Part shown: positions 9,320-20,127 of the stretch, in pieces
How the letters are laid out: every line of letters begins with the position of its first letter
How positions within the stretch are numbered: the first letter of the stretch is position 1
NCBI GenBank assembly: GCA_965212015.1
Contig: OZ243037.1
Location: 1,472,001-1,536,000 of the forward strand
Source of the DNA: Cenarchaeum sp.
GTDB taxonomy: Archaea > Thermoproteota > Nitrososphaeria > Nitrososphaerales > Nitrosopumilaceae
Direction: 5' to 3'
Length of the DNA: 64,000 nucleotides
Position numbers and translations under genes: made by a program
The notes under the pieces: model-generated
The model's input: the letters and a program-made list of their open reading frames with translations, nothing else
What the model was told of the DNA's origin: nothing
Database searches by the model: none

Positions 9320-12300
9320 TCATTTGGGCTCGACTATCTTTATCACGTCAGTCACCATTCCGCCGTCGTGTACCATCTTTAGCACGTAAAACCCGGGCTT
9401 TTGCGCCTGGATGGCCACCTCGTAATACCCGCTGCCGTCGTCCTGTATGTCCCGGGTGTCTATTGTCCGGCCGTCCGTGTCCAGAAGGGATACCGTTACG
9501 AGCTCCGGCGCGCCAAACAGGGTTGATTTCTTGAACGCGCCTGACACTATTATCTGATCGCCAGAAAACTCACTGTCAATTATCGTGCGCTTTGAGCGCT
9601 CCGGCACGTACCGTTCTACCAGCTTTTCTAGCACGCTGGTGTATTTCTGGGCCTTTGCAGTGTCGCTTTTGGACAACGACCTGTCCACTATACCCGTTAT
9701 GGTCTCAAACTTGTGCGCGTTTTTCTCGTAATTGTCCCCGCCAAAGTTGGCAATTATATTCTTGAAGTTCTGGAATAATTCTACCACGTCGGCGTGCTCT
9801 GCCTGCCTCTTGTTTTGCTCAAAGAACAGATCCGGCGACACGCTCACTATCCTGACTGCCGAAGAGTTGCCGTGATCCAGCTTTATTGCAAACGTGCCGG
9901 ATTTCGGGGCCTCCCACAGGGTGTTAAAGTTGCCGTCCCGTGTGTTGACCGGGGTGAATACGCCGTGGTTGTTGTTGCCGTCCTGCAGATCGTGCACGCT
10001 GAACACCACAGAGTCCCTCTTGTTTTTGGGCTCGTTGATTGCGCCCTTTATACTCCACAGCTTTTCTGTCCCGTTGTACGACACGTCAAAGAATATGTCG
10101 CCCCGCATCTTTTCGCCCTCCAGAAGCGCTATGAGCTTTTTCAGGTCGTCCTCAAAGCTCCCCAAGCTCCCATAGTTTATGGTCTCCTGCATCTTGTTTT
10201 TTAGCTCTACAAACTCTGCATACATGGGATTCTGGCTCGGCGTGGGAAACAGGTCGTGCATGTTCTCCAGCAGGTCGTTGTACCTGATCTTCCTTATCTC
10301 TGCAATGTCGTACACGAACCTGTCGTGCGTCCCCTCGACATACTCTTCGTTGACCTTTTGCCACTCCTCTAGCGCCTCCTCCAGCATCCTGTCTGCCAGC
10401 TCTGGATTCTTTTGTACCAGCAGGGAGTCCCGGGCCAGCTCCACCCTTGCCTTTATCGATGCGGCAAACTCTTCGTATCCTGCGGCAAACCTGTGTCTGC
10501 CGTCGCCCACACTGACCAGATTCTCGATTGCGCGCGCCTTTTGAAGCAGCTGCTTTATCTTGAAGGGGTGGTCGACTGCGGAGTAAATCCGCTGCTTTAA
10601 CCTTTCTTCTGGAATGCTCGACTCTATCCGGTATAACAGCTCGTTTAGCCTTATGGTGTCATCAGGCGACAAATTCCTTGTGTCCTTGCCAGAAAACCTC
10701 TTGATTTCTGCGAGAATCTTGCGTATCTCCTCCAGTCCCTCTGTATCATAATTGTCGACTGCCTGCCTTTCCAGATTCCGGTACTGTTTTGTGTACGAGT
10801 CCAGGGTCTCCGAGACGTCGACGCCTGCCAGGACGCCCAGCTTTTCGCCGTACGGCACCAGTATCTTTGAGACCTGGGCAAACGAGTTTGCCTTGCGCAT
10901 TTCGACGTCAAAGTCGGCCCTCTGCTTTAGGAGCAGCGGGTTTATGACGCCGGCCAGCTTTTCTTTGTACTTTTCCTCTATTAGCTTTGCAGTCTTTAGG
11001 GCCGCATTCATCTCTTTTAGCTCCGCTATTATCTTTGGCACCTCTGTAATCAGGGTGGTAGTCTTTGCCTTTGCCTCAAGGGAGTGCCACAGCAGCTTTG
11101 TCACGTGCGTGACTGACTCTGGGGCCTTTTCGATATAGTTGCTGTTTATCAGCCTGTACGTCTTTTTCATCTCTGCCCTTATCTTTGGATCCCTTGCAAC
11201 GTCTATCGGCTTTTTGCTGACCTGCTTGTCGGGATCGTCTGACGAGTTGAGGTTCGGGGGAGTGGGCCTCCTGGACTCCTCTGCAAAGCCGTCTAGCATG
11301 TTGACGTGTGCGTCTAGCGTCCCCTCAAGGTCGTCAAGGTCCCGCACGCCTGCGGCCTGCCCTATCAGCTCCATTGTGTGCTGTCTTATGGCCTTTGCGT
11401 CGTCAAACTCTGCATTGAGGTCGTCATAATTCCCGTCAATAAGCTCTATCTTTTTGAGTATTTCAGAAAACCTGCGTATCGTGTCTGCCTCGGCGACTAT
11501 CCCCTCAAAGCCGGCCTTGTTGAGGTGCACGTGCGAGTTCCATATGCGTTTTATGTCCCCGCTCAGGTGGTGGCCCTGCCCCGCAAATGACTCGATCTTT
11601 TTTATGTCCTTTAGCAGTACGGCGCCCTGGTACGCCCTCTTGATGTCCTGTTTGTGTGCGGTTATGCCCTCAATGTCCTGCGCCTCGCCTATGGCCTCGC
11701 GTATCCTGAGCCATTCTGATGCGAGCTTGCGGGGTAGCTTGTCGTCGTCGGCAATCGAGTTTACATAGTCTATCTGCGGCAGCAGCTTTACTGTGGCGAC
11801 TAGTACGTTATGGTCAAGCGTCCCGGCGGTATAGGACAGCGCAATATCCCGTGTCGCCTGCTGGCTCAGCGCGTGGCCTGCGCGGTTGATGCCGCTTGTT
11901 ATGCCTTGTAATGCGCCGGGGGGCTCGCCTGTGGCAAACATACCGTACAGCCTGTCCTGAATTCTGTCTATTAGCCTCTCGCGCTCGTCGGCGCCGTGCG
12001 CGTAATTGTAAAACAGTGCAAGCGAATACAGCTCTTGTATGTCGTCGTATGATTGGCGGTCTATCTTTTTGGCGGCAAGCTGGTCGTCTGCGTACGACAT
12101 CATGTCGTCAAGCACCCTGTTGCGGTTGCGCTCGGCATTGCCGTCCTTGTATATCTGGTTCAGTATGGCATTGTCGTTCCGCACCATCTCCATGAACATG
12201 TCCCTGAGCAGCCTTGATTTTTTCACATGCTCTAGCCCGTCTGCCTTTTCCAGCCTTAGCTCGAGGGACGACTTTGATATGGAATCCTCTAGTGACTCGA

Positions 12301-12676
12301 CCATGTTCGATACCAGCCTGAATGCCACGGCAGTAGAAAAGCGGTTCATCCCCTCGGAGGATGACTCGAGGCTCCACGACGAGATTCCCCCGCCGTAATA
12401 CGAGAACGCCTCGTATGCGTCAGCAGAGGCGCACCGGGCCTCCATCCTCGAGGCATCAAGCGAAAAGATGAAAAAGCCCTCCATCGTGCCTGCCGGGAAA
12501 AAGCCGCACGACTTACTATCGTACACAATCTCGACGAGCATCGGGCCGCCAGAGTCCACAATGTCGCCGTGAATCCTTAATTTTTCGTGGAACGGAACGG
12601 CATCGTCGGCAAACGCGCCGGGGACTGTTAGTGTAAGGGACAGTAGCACCAGTCCGTACAGTATGCCGTATGTCAT
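9320..12676 (-). CDS. large secreted hypothetical protein, helical body with C-terminal beta-sandwich-like domains
   Basis: 1118-aa ORF with an N-terminal signal peptide (...VPGAFA/D). Confidence 0.8.
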   Translation of the reverse strand: MTYGILYGLVLLSLTLTVPGAFADDAVPFHEKLRIHGDIVDSGGPMLVEIVYDSKSCGFFPAGTMEGFFIFSLDASRMEARCASADAYEAFSYYGGGISSWSLESSSEGMNRFSTAVAFRLVSNMVESLEDSISKSSLELRLEKADGLEHVKKSRLLRDMFMEMVRNDNAILNQIYKDGNAERNRNRVLDDMMSYADDQLAAKKIDRQSYDDIQELYSLALFYNYAHGADERERLIDRIQDRLYGMFATGEPPGALQGITSGINRAGHALSQQATRDIALSYTAGTLDHNVLVATVKLLPQIDYVNSIADDDKLPRKLASEWLRIREAIGEAQDIEGITAHKQDIKRAYQGAVLLKDIKKIESFAGQGHHLSGDIKRIWNSHVHLNKAGFEGIVAEADTIRRFSEILKKIELIDGNYDDLNAEFDDAKAIRQHTMELIGQAAGVRDLDDLEGTLDAHVNMLDGFAEESRRPTPPNLNSSDDPDKQVSKKPIDVARDPKIRAEMKKTYRLINSNYIEKAPESVTHVTKLLWHSLEAKAKTTTLITEVPKIIAELKEMNAALKTAKLIEEKYKEKLAGVINPLLLKQRADFDVEMRKANSFAQVSKILVPYGEKLGVLAGVDVSETLDSYTKQYRNLERQAVDNYDTEGLEEIRKILAEIKRFSGKDTRNLSPDDTIRLNELLYRIESSIPEERLKQRIYSAVDHPFKIKQLLQKARAIENLVSVGDGRHRFAAGYEEFAASIKARVELARDSLLVQKNPELADRMLEEALEEWQKVNEEYVEGTHDRFVYDIAEIRKIRYNDLLENMHDLFPTPSQNPMYAEFVELKNKMQETINYGSLGSFEDDLKKLIALLEGEKMRGDIFFDVSYNGTEKLWSIKGAINEPKNKRDSVVFSVHDLQDGNNNHGVFTPVNTRDGNFNTLWEAPKSGTFAIKLDHGNSSAVRIVSVSPDLFFEQNKRQAEHADVVELFQNFKNIIANFGGDNYEKNAHKFETITGIVDRSLSKSDTAKAQKYTSVLEKLVERYVPERSKRTIIDSEFSGDQIIVSGAFKKSTLFGAPELVTVSLLDTDGRTIDTRDIQDDGSGYYEVAIQAQKPGFYVLKMVHDGGMVTDVIKIVEPK

Positions 12677-12772
12677 TATCCGTCTCGCATACCTGCGCCC
12701 CTGTGCGTTTTAATAATTACCATGTATAGGATTGTTGCGGAATTCTTATTAGCGGTATGTGGGGGCCTGCGC

Positions 12773-14959
12773 CTATCTGTAGTATGATGCCACTACCTTT
12801 TGGCCTATCTTTAGGTCCTTTTGCTCGCGCACCTTTTTTACTGCCACCTCAAAGTGCTTCATGGTTATGCGGGCCTCCTTTGAGTTGGTCTCCACCTCCT
12901 TTGCGTCGGGATGGGTGTCAAGATACTCGTGTATTACGAGCGATACTGCGGTGTTTGCAATGGCTGCCACGTCCGCACCGCTGAGGCCGTCAGTCATTTC
13001 TGCAATCTTTGCAATGTTGACGTGCTCTGGATCATCTGCGTCGCTCACTATGGGTATCTCTTGCGAGCTGATCTCAATTATGCTCTTTCTGCTGTCCTTG
13101 TCCGGAAGCGGAATCGATATTATCTTGTCAAACCTGCCCGGGCGCAAAAGCGCCGGATCTATCATGTCTGGCCTGTTCGTGGCGGCAAGCACCACCACCC
13201 CGTGAAGGTTCTCCATGCCGTCTAGCTCCGTGAGCAGCTGGCTGACGACCCTTTCAGTTACCGCAGTCTCCCCCCCGGCGCCCCTTATCGGGGCTATAGA
13301 GTCAATCTCGTCGAAGAATATGACGCACGGCGAGGCCTGCCTTGCCCTGCGAAAGATCTCCCTGATGCCCCTTTCTGACTCGCCTACCCATTTTGATAGC
13401 AGCTCCGGACCCCTGACTGAGACAAAGTTGGCCTCGCTCTGGGTGGCCACTGCCTTTGCAAGCAGCGTCTTTCCGGTACCGCTCGGGCCGTGCAGCAGTA
13501 TGCCGCGCGGCATCTTGTGGCCCAGCTTGTCGTACAGCATTGGATATTTCATGGGCCATTCCACCGCCTCTTGCAGCTCTTTTTTCACGGTGCCCAGTCC
13601 GCCGACGTCCTCCCATTTTACGTCGGGGTTTTCAATGAACACCTCTCTCATTCCGGACGGCGTCACCTCGATTAGCGCCCTTTGAAAGTCCTCGCCGTTT
13701 ACAATCAGCTTGTCAAGCGTCTCTGGGGGTATCTTTTCGTCCTCCATGTTGAGCTCCGGTAGCAGCCTTCGCAGGCACTTCATGGCCGCCTCCTTGCACA
13801 GGTATTCCAAATCCGCGCCGACATAGCCGTGGCTTACTGCGGCTATCTTGTCGGTGTTGACGTCCTCCGATAGCGGCATGTTCCTTGTGTGTATTGCAAG
13901 TATGTCCTTTCTGCCCTTTTTGTCGGGGACCTTTATCTCGATTTCCCTGTCAAAGCGACCGGGCCTTCGCAGGGCGGGGTCTATGGCGTTTGGCCTGTTT
14001 GTGGCAGAAATCACGATTACCTTTCCCCTCGCCTCCAATCCGTCCATCAGCGAGAGCAACTGCGAGACGACGCGCCGCTCCACCTCGCCGGTCACCTCTT
14101 CCCTTTTTGGGGCGATAGAGTCAATCTCGTCGACAAAGATTATCGACGGGGATTTTTCTCGCCCCTCCTTGAATATCTCCCTGAGCCTCGCCTCGCTCTC
14201 GCCGTAAAACTTGCTCATTATCTCGGGCCCCGAGATGCTAATAAAATGCGCATTGCTTTCGTTGGCAACTGCCTTTGCAAGCAGCGTCTTTCCGGTGCCG
14301 GGCGGCCCGTATAACAGCACGCCCTTTGGCGCCTCGATTCCGAGCTTTTCGAATATCTCCGGATGCCTCAGCGGAAGCTCTATCATTTCCCTTACCTTTT
14401 TAATCTCGTCAGTCAGGCCCCCGATGTCCTCGTAGGTCACCTGCGGCACGCCCCTGAGGGTCTCGCCTTTTTCTGCAATGTGGAATATCGTCCTCTGCGT
14501 GACTAGGACCGCATCAGCTGACGGCGTCACGCCGATTACCTGAAACGTCAGCCTGCCGCCAAAATACGGCACCATGACATTGTCGCCCTTGATGAGCGGC
14601 ACGCTCTCCAGGGCGTCGGCCAGATACCTCTCGTCGATGGGGGGTATGGCCTCCAGCGGGGCCACCACTATTTTTTCGGCGGCATCTGCCTTTATCTTTC
14701 GCACCGATATGGTGTCGCCGATTGCGATTCCGGAATTGTTTCTGCCCAGGCCGTCAATCCGTATTATCCCCTTTCCCTCGTCAGACGGGTACAGGGGAAG
14801 GCACTTTGCGACCGTCCTTCTCTTGCCTTTGATCTCAATTACGTCCCCAGTTGAGGCGTTCAGGGTGTCCATGGAGTCATAGTCTATGCGGGCCACCCCC
14901 CTTCCGACGTCCCGCGTATATGCCTCCAATACCTTGAGTGAAAGCGCGTTTTGGCTCAT
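12773..14959 (-). CDS. cdc48: CDC48/VCP family AAA ATPase
   Basis: N-domain plus two AAA modules ([16 protein letters not shown]; DEIDS; RPGRFD). Confidence 0.97.
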   Translation of the reverse strand: MSQNALSLKVLEAYTRDVGRGVARIDYDSMDTLNASTGDVIEIKGKRRTVAKCLPLYPSDEGKGIIRIDGLGRNNSGIAIGDTISVRKIKADAAEKIVVAPLEAIPPIDERYLADALESVPLIKGDNVMVPYFGGRLTFQVIGVTPSADAVLVTQRTIFHIAEKGETLRGVPQVTYEDIGGLTDEIKKVREMIELPLRHPEIFEKLGIEAPKGVLLYGPPGTGKTLLAKAVANESNAHFISISGPEIMSKFYGESEARLREIFKEGREKSPSIIFVDEIDSIAPKREEVTGEVERRVVSQLLSLMDGLEARGKVIVISATNRPNAIDPALRRPGRFDREIEIKVPDKKGRKDILAIHTRNMPLSEDVNTDKIAAVSHGYVGADLEYLCKEAAMKCLRRLLPELNMEDEKIPPETLDKLIVNGEDFQRALIEVTPSGMREVFIENPDVKWEDVGGLGTVKKELQEAVEWPMKYPMLYDKLGHKMPRGILLHGPSGTGKTLLAKAVATQSEANFVSVRGPELLSKWVGESERGIREIFRRARQASPCVIFFDEIDSIAPIRGAGGETAVTERVVSQLLTELDGMENLHGVVVLAATNRPDMIDPALLRPGRFDKIISIPLPDKDSRKSIIEISSQEIPIVSDADDPEHVNIAKIAEMTDGLSGADVAAIANTAVSLVIHEYLDTHPDAKEVETNSKEARITMKHFEVAVKKVREQKDLKIGQKVVASYYR

Positions 14960-15056
14960 GGGGAAGCTCTAGCTGGCTATTTTTTATACCTTTGGCGTTT
15001 GGGATCCGGCGTTTAATCACAAGCTTAAAATCCATAGGTAGGGCCAACCGATCTAC

Positions 15057-15788
15057 TTGGGCAAAAGACCGCTAGTCAGAAGAAGGGGCCGTGGAGGCAT
15101 GCAGTTTCGGGCAGCAACCACTGGCAAGATAGCACGCGTAAAATACCCCGGTTTTGCCCTCTCAGAGCAGCATGCCGGCAAGGTGATGGATCTGGTCCAC
15201 GAGCGGGGCAGGGAGGCTCCGCTGGCAAAGATCATGTTTGAGGACGGCTCGGTGTGCTTTGTGCCTGCCGTCCTGGGGACCCGCGTCGGTTCCGTTGTTA
15301 ATTTCGGATTAAAGTCTACCGTAGAGCACGGTAATGTGATCAGCATCCAAAACATCCCAGACGGGACTACCGTATGCAACGTGGAGAAGCATTTTGGCGA
15401 CGGCGGCTCGATTGTGAAATCAGCCGGCGGAAACGCGACTGTCTTTTCGCACGGTGATGACGGCGTGGTCCTAAAGCTTCCGTCCGGCAAGTTTGCCACG
15501 CTAAACTCCAAGAACAGGGCGATGATTGGAACGCTTGCAGGCGGCGGGGCCACCGAGCGCCCGCTGATGAGCGCCGGCGGAAAATGGCGCAAGTTCCGCG
15601 CAAAGGGGCAAAAGTATCCCATAGTCCGCGGCGTGGCGCAGGCCGCATACGTGCACCCGCACGGAGGGGGACGGCACCAGCATGTGGGACAGAGCTCCAC
15701 CGTATCGCGCAACGCGCCTCCTGGGGCAAAGGTGGGAAGCATTGCCGCAAGAAAGACCGGCAGGGCCAGAATCAAGGAACGCAGATAG
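15057..15788 (+). CDS. rpl2: 50S ribosomal protein uL2
   Basis: MGKRPLVRRRGRG, VRGVA, HPHGGG, APPGAKVG. Confidence 0.97.
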   Translation: MGKRPLVRRRGRGGMQFRAATTGKIARVKYPGFALSEQHAGKVMDLVHERGREAPLAKIMFEDGSVCFVPAVLGTRVGSVVNFGLKSTVEHGNVISIQNIPDGTTVCNVEKHFGDGGSIVKSAGGNATVFSHGDDGVVLKLPSGKFATLNSKNRAMIGTLAGGGATERPLMSAGGKWRKFRAKGQKYPIVRGVAQAAYVHPHGGGRHQHVGQSSTVSRNAPPGAKVGSIAARKTGRARIKERR

Positions 15789-15830
15789 CCCCTGCCAAAA
15801 TTGATTAAAGGCAGATTCGCTATATTACGC

Positions 15831-16106
15831 ATGGCGCGCAGGGTTCGGATATTCGTTACAGGAAAGGTGCAGGGCGTGTTTTTCAGGCAGGCCCTAAAGG
15901 TGACTGCCAGAAAAAACAGCATTGCCGGCTGGGCGAAAAACCTGGGCGACGGCAGGGTGGAGGCGGTTCTTGAGGGCGACGATGCCGGAGTGGGACGGGT
16001 AGTCGAGTGGTGCCATGCGGGTCCGGCCAACGCCCGAGTCGCCGGCGTTGAAATCAAAAGCGAAAAGTTTGCCGGCGAGTTCTCTACGTTTGACGTGCTG
16101 TACTAG
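15831..16106 (+). CDS. acyP: acylphosphatase
   Basis: GKVQGVFFR, GWAKNLGDGRVE, GPANARV. Confidence 0.93.
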   Translation: MARRVRIFVTGKVQGVFFRQALKVTARKNSIAGWAKNLGDGRVEAVLEGDDAGVGRVVEWCHAGPANARVAGVEIKSEKFAGEFSTFDVLY

Positions 16107-16107
16107 T

Positions 16108-16427
16108 GTAGTGGCAGTAGCCCTGTCAGTTCCAGTCTAGACGGATGGCCCCTTTTCAAGGCGTACAAGATCCGCCACGTTGACGAGGAAGCGTGGATGC
16201 CCCACCTTAGGATTGCTCCCTCCCGGACCTCGTCCATTTCGATGGTTCGGTCTTGAAAGTCATCCCTTCGGATGATTCCAGTCCTGCAACCACCCGCCTC
16301 GGCGTGATTTCATTTCCGCACGCCAAGCGGGAATTACCCTTCTAGAGATTTACCCAACAGTTACTGATCTCTGCATATAGCCGGTTTCAGAACAGGGCAC
16401 GGCTGGCACCCCGATCCTACCTACTAC
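16108..16427 (-). ncRNA. ffs: SRP (7S) RNA
   Basis: Minus strand carries the helix-8 motif AGGTCCGGGAGGGAGCA; 5' GTAGTAGGTAG can pair with 3' CTACTGCCACTAC; ~320-nt intergenic gap. Confidence 0.9.
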
Positions 16428-16433
16428 CGTCTA

Positions 16434-17372
16434 TTATTCGGGCGGGTATGATATATTTGCATTAGGTTTTGCCCCCCGCAGCTTTGCGAGCGTCTCGCAC
16501 ACGGAGCATATGGCCCCCGTGCACTGGCTGCCGCAGCGCGGGCAGGGCGCCTTTTGCCTGCCGTCCAAACCCCTCATGGCGCCTGACACCCTTAGGGTCG
16601 ACCTGTACAGGTTGTTTTTTGCGCCTGCGTGGCCGTCCTCCAGCCTGTTGAGAAACTCGCGCAGCTCAGTCCTGATGCCCTCGTTTCTGTGGGGGCACGG
16701 CTCTGACTGGAACGGAATGCCGTTGGTAAAGGCGTAAAACACAATCTCTGCCTCGTAAATCTCGCAAAACGGCTTTATCTTTCTTGGAATGTCAAAAGAC
16801 GCGCCGGGATCCGTCCACCCTATTCTGCCCGTGTCCCCCGAGATCATGTTGATGAGAAACGTCTGCAGCGAGTCGTCCAGGTTGTGGCCAGTCGCAATTG
16901 CGTCTGCCCCCATCTCTTTTGCCGCATGATCCATCGCGCGGCGCCTGAGCGTCCCGCATATGGCGCACGAGGTGGTCTTTGCGTCCCTCAGGTCCAGCGC
17001 CTCATCAAGGGTCATCTCAAAGAGGTCCCCGTACGAATAGACCCCGAGCTCCACGCCCAATTTGCCGCAATAGTCCCTCACTATTTCCAGCGCCTCATCA
17101 CGGTATCCGGGTATCCCCTCGTCTATGGTTACTGCCCTTATCCCAAAGTTGTGGCTCTTTGACATCTGATCCAGTATGTGTAATAGCGCAAGCGAGTCCT
17201 TTCCGCCAGACACTGCCACGCAGACCAGATTCCCGTTTCCTATCATGGCGTGCCTAGAGATGGTCTTTGCAGTCTTGCGGACGATGGACTCTGAAAAGCA
17301 TCCTGCGCAAAGCGACTCGCCTGAATATTTTCTGGTGTATACGGGATTATTCGGGCACCTGTCGCACTTCAT
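16434..17372 (-). CDS. tRNA 2-thiolation protein (NcsA/Ctu1/TtuA family)
   Basis: N- and C-terminal CxxC pairs, SGGKDS PP-loop, CAICGTLRR, TGHNLDD, CPH. Confidence 0.92.
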   Translation of the reverse strand: MKCDRCPNNPVYTRKYSGESLCAGCFSESIVRKTAKTISRHAMIGNGNLVCVAVSGGKDSLALLHILDQMSKSHNFGIRAVTIDEGIPGYRDEALEIVRDYCGKLGVELGVYSYGDLFEMTLDEALDLRDAKTTSCAICGTLRRRAMDHAAKEMGADAIATGHNLDDSLQTFLINMISGDTGRIGWTDPGASFDIPRKIKPFCEIYEAEIVFYAFTNGIPFQSEPCPHRNEGIRTELREFLNRLEDGHAGAKNNLYRSTLRVSGAMRGLDGRQKAPCPRCGSQCTGAICSVCETLAKLRGAKPNANISYPPE

Positions 17373-17390
17373 CGGCTTGCGGGTCTGTTT

Positions 17391-18152
17391 TCAGGGTATT
17401 TGTGTCCTTTGAATCCGGCAGGGCGCCCGGCATGCAGGTGCCGCATCCTTGCGCCACGAGCGCGCAAAAAACGGCAGCGACAGCGCCAGGCCGATTGCTG
17501 CGAGCATGATCATCGTGATTGCAAGCTCGCCTGTGTCAAACGGAATAGTGCCGCTGTACGGATCAAAAAACGGCGTTCCGGATCCCGACGACGGGTTTGA
17601 TATCACGGCGTCTATCTTTTTTTGCGCAAGATAGACTGACTCGTCTACAGAGTTGGGAACCATGCTGCGCGATTCCGCACCGCCGGCCCATCCGAGCTCC
17701 GGCAGCGAGTTGCCCTCTATTCTGGTCAGCATTATGGACAGAATGGACGCGACGGCGGCCCCCCCGACTCCGAACAGGCGGTAAATGGACTTTAAGGACT
17801 TTGCCAGCAGCTTGCTCTGCCTTGCCTTTTCTGCCACGTCGGTGTGCGTGATTACTATGGCCAGCTTTGAGGCCGTGTAATAGTTCATGTCGCGCGATTT
17901 AGAGTTCTTGCCCACCCTGCTGACGCAGATGAGCCCTATTGACTGCATCTTTTCAATGTGGTACTTTGCCAGCTGCAGCGAGATGCCGGCCCCTGTGGCG
18001 ATCTCGTTTGCGGTGAGCTCCTTTTTGAAGAGCAGGTGCAGCATGTCGCTGCTTGACTTGTTTGCGACAATTTCGGCAAACGTCTTTAGCGTGGAATCAT
18101 TGGTGGAAAAAATCTTTGTTATATTGGCCGGGCCGGATTTTCTTTCACTCAT
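17391..18152 (-). CDS. membrane-anchored ArsR-like HTH regulator
   Basis: N-terminal wHTH (LTANEIA...SLQLAKYHIEKM...GLI) and two hydrophobic segments flanking a loop containing GSGTPFF. Confidence 0.8.
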   Translation of the reverse strand: MSERKSGPANITKIFSTNDSTLKTFAEIVANKSSSDMLHLLFKKELTANEIATGAGISLQLAKYHIEKMQSIGLICVSRVGKNSKSRDMNYYTASKLAIVITHTDVAEKARQSKLLAKSLKSIYRLFGVGGAAVASILSIMLTRIEGNSLPELGWAGGAESRSMVPNSVDESVYLAQKKIDAVISNPSSGSGTPFFDPYSGTIPFDTGELAITMIMLAAIGLALSLPFFARSWRKDAAPACRAPCRIQRTQIP

Positions 18153-18245
18153 AGGACGCATATGTTACGGCCGCAAGCTATGTAAGAGTTTGGTGAAATC
18201 ACGCCTTTATCAAACGCTATATGCAATTTTGCCGTACCATGTATA

Positions 18246-18548
18246 ATGAACAAGGCAATATGCGCACTGGCCGCACTCGTCGTGCTGGCAGTACCCACAT
18301 CAGGGGTGTTCGCCCAGTACGACTTGCAGTCGACTAACATAGGCGATGTCTACGACAATGTCCGCGATGCAAAGATAAAGTTGGAAATTGCGCGCGATCC
18401 AGACGCAGTCGGCTCTGGAACGCCGTACTTTGCACTAGACGGCGTCATCATCTCTGCGGTTCTCTCGGCAGGGATATTCGGCGGCGTTTCTGCGATGTTT
18501 TTCATCCGGGGACAAAAAGGCAGATATGCCGCGCAGGGACGCGGCTAG
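18246..18548 (+). CDS. small secreted/membrane protein with GSGTPYF motif
   Basis: Signal peptide, GSGTPYFALDG, C-terminal TM helix and basic tail. Confidence 0.8.
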   Translation: MNKAICALAALVVLAVPTSGVFAQYDLQSTNIGDVYDNVRDAKIKLEIARDPDAVGSGTPYFALDGVIISAVLSAGIFGGVSAMFFIRGQKGRYAAQGRG

Positions 18549-18569
18549 CCATTTTTTTTCTCCAGCCCG

Positions 18570-19772
18570 CTAGATGGATATCCAGCCGGACTTTGCATAG
18601 GACAGGCCGATGTTGAGACCGAACAGGACAAACGTTGCGCCGTAAATCCCCCACATTACAACATTGACTGACTTGTCGGAGATTTTCTTGTAGATAATAC
18701 TGTGGATGAACTTGCCGCCGTCAAGTATCGGAAGCGGCAGCATGTTGATTATCCCTATGAAAAACGAGATCATCCAGAGCCACAGCAGGAACAGCGAAAA
18801 CTGCGGATTGCCCCACTCTATATAGTCGTACTTTGGCTGGTATGCCGCAGAATTGTCCCTGATTATTCCCACCAGGCCGCGGTCCGGATCGTCAGGCGAC
18901 TCCATTACCACCACTGGCAGCTCCAGGGACTGCCCGTCCCTCTGTACCGAGACATTTACGGTCTGGCCCGGCACCAGATCGACCTTTTGAAAGTCAGGCG
19001 GCGTGAGTACCGGAATGCCGTTTATTGCATTGATGATGTCGTTTGGCAGTATGCCTGCGTCCTGCGCGCCGGAATCTTCGATAAGGGAGAGCACCAGCAC
19101 CCCGTCGGGTGCGTCATAAAACGTACCCAGCAGCGGCTCGGGCACTATTAGCGCAAAGAGCGGGTTTGTAAGCAGGATTAGGCCCAGTACCAGGGCAAAG
19201 GCGACGTTTGCCGTGGCGCCGGCGCCGATAACGCGCAGCTTTGATATCCTTTTTGCCTTGTCAAACTCTTCCTCGTCGGGCTCTACAAAGCCTGCAAACA
19301 TTGCGATAAAGATCGCAAAGCCGCCCGTCTTTATCTTTATCCTTTCCAGGGCAGCCACTATCCCGTGTGCGCCCTCGTGCATGACAAGCACTATGGGTAT
19401 GCACAAAAGAAAGTTCAGTATGGCAGACGACGAGGTCAGAGTCACCCCGGGTATCAGCACGGTCACCTCGGCGAATTTTGTGGGCTCTACGAAATACGTC
19501 GCAATGTTTGATATCAGAAACCAGAACGCAAAGCCCATCATGGCGAATCCTGCAACCACGCTGATGTCTGCAAACACGCGTATGCCCCTCCTGGTCCTCG
19601 AGAGCATCCTTGTCAGCAGCGACTGGACTGAGGCGTTCTTGTAGACCAGACTGTACGCCTTTATCTCAAAGCCGTGGTTTTGCAGCCTGAGGCCCTTGGC
19701 CACGACCAGAATTACAACCCATGCCAAAAGCACGTAAATTATCGCATTTTCGGTGATAAAATCAAATTCCAA
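18570..19772 (-). CDS. site-2 protease (M50) with PDZ domain
   Basis: HEGAH, GAGATAN, PDZ (SGAQDAGI..NDII..ING), NMLPLPILDGG; probable TTG start. Confidence 0.93.
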   Translation of the reverse strand: MEFDFITENAIIYVLLAWVVILVVAKGLRLQNHGFEIKAYSLVYKNASVQSLLTRMLSRTRRGIRVFADISVVAGFAMMGFAFWFLISNIATYFVEPTKFAEVTVLIPGVTLTSSSAILNFLLCIPIVLVMHEGAHGIVAALERIKIKTGGFAIFIAMFAGFVEPDEEEFDKAKRISKLRVIGAGATANVAFALVLGLILLTNPLFALIVPEPLLGTFYDAPDGVLVLSLIEDSGAQDAGILPNDIINAINGIPVLTPPDFQKVDLVPGQTVNVSVQRDGQSLELPVVVMESPDDPDRGLVGIIRDNSAAYQPKYDYIEWGNPQFSLFLLWLWMISFFIGIINMLPLPILDGGKFIHSIIYKKISDKSVNVVMWGIYGATFVLFGLNIGLSYAKSGWISI

Positions 19773-19815
19773 ACTGACTGTTACTTTTTTTAAGCACATA
19801 CATTTATCGGTTGCT

Positions 19816-20127
19816 ATGAAGATGGCAATCATACTCTCCACGTATCCGAGCAAAGAGTCGGCCGTACAGACGGCAAACCGGCTGGTGGCCCGCAGGCTGG
19901 CCGCATGCGTCAACATGCTGCCCGTCTCGTCGGTTTACGCGTGGAAGGGAAAAGTCGAGGCCCAGCAGGAGTACCTGGCAGTATTCAAGACCGAGCAGAA
20001 AAACGCAGACAGGCTAAGGCAGGAGATACAGGACACCCACCCGTATGACGTGCCCGAGATTGCCGAGCTTGAGGCCAAATCGGCAAACGACTCGTACCTC
20101 CGGTGGCTGGCAGAATCCACTAGCTGA
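19816..20127 (+). CDS. cutA: divalent cation tolerance protein CutA
   Basis: LAACVN, SVYAWKGK, HPYDVPEI, YLRWL. Confidence 0.95.
   Translation: MKMAIILSTYPSKESAVQTANRLVARRLAACVNMLPVSSVYAWKGKVEAQQEYLAVFKTEQKNADRLRQEIQDTHPYDVPEIAELEAKSANDSYLRWLAESTS

Noticed and set aside
15053-16057. 334-aa minus-strand ORF and similar long antisense ORFs (e.g. 41351..42139, 62385..63140)
   Set aside because: They are shadows of well-supported genes on the opposite strand
16108-16427. RNase P RNA
   Set aside because: The GAGGAAAGUCC-type P4 signature is absent; the SRP helix-8 motif is present
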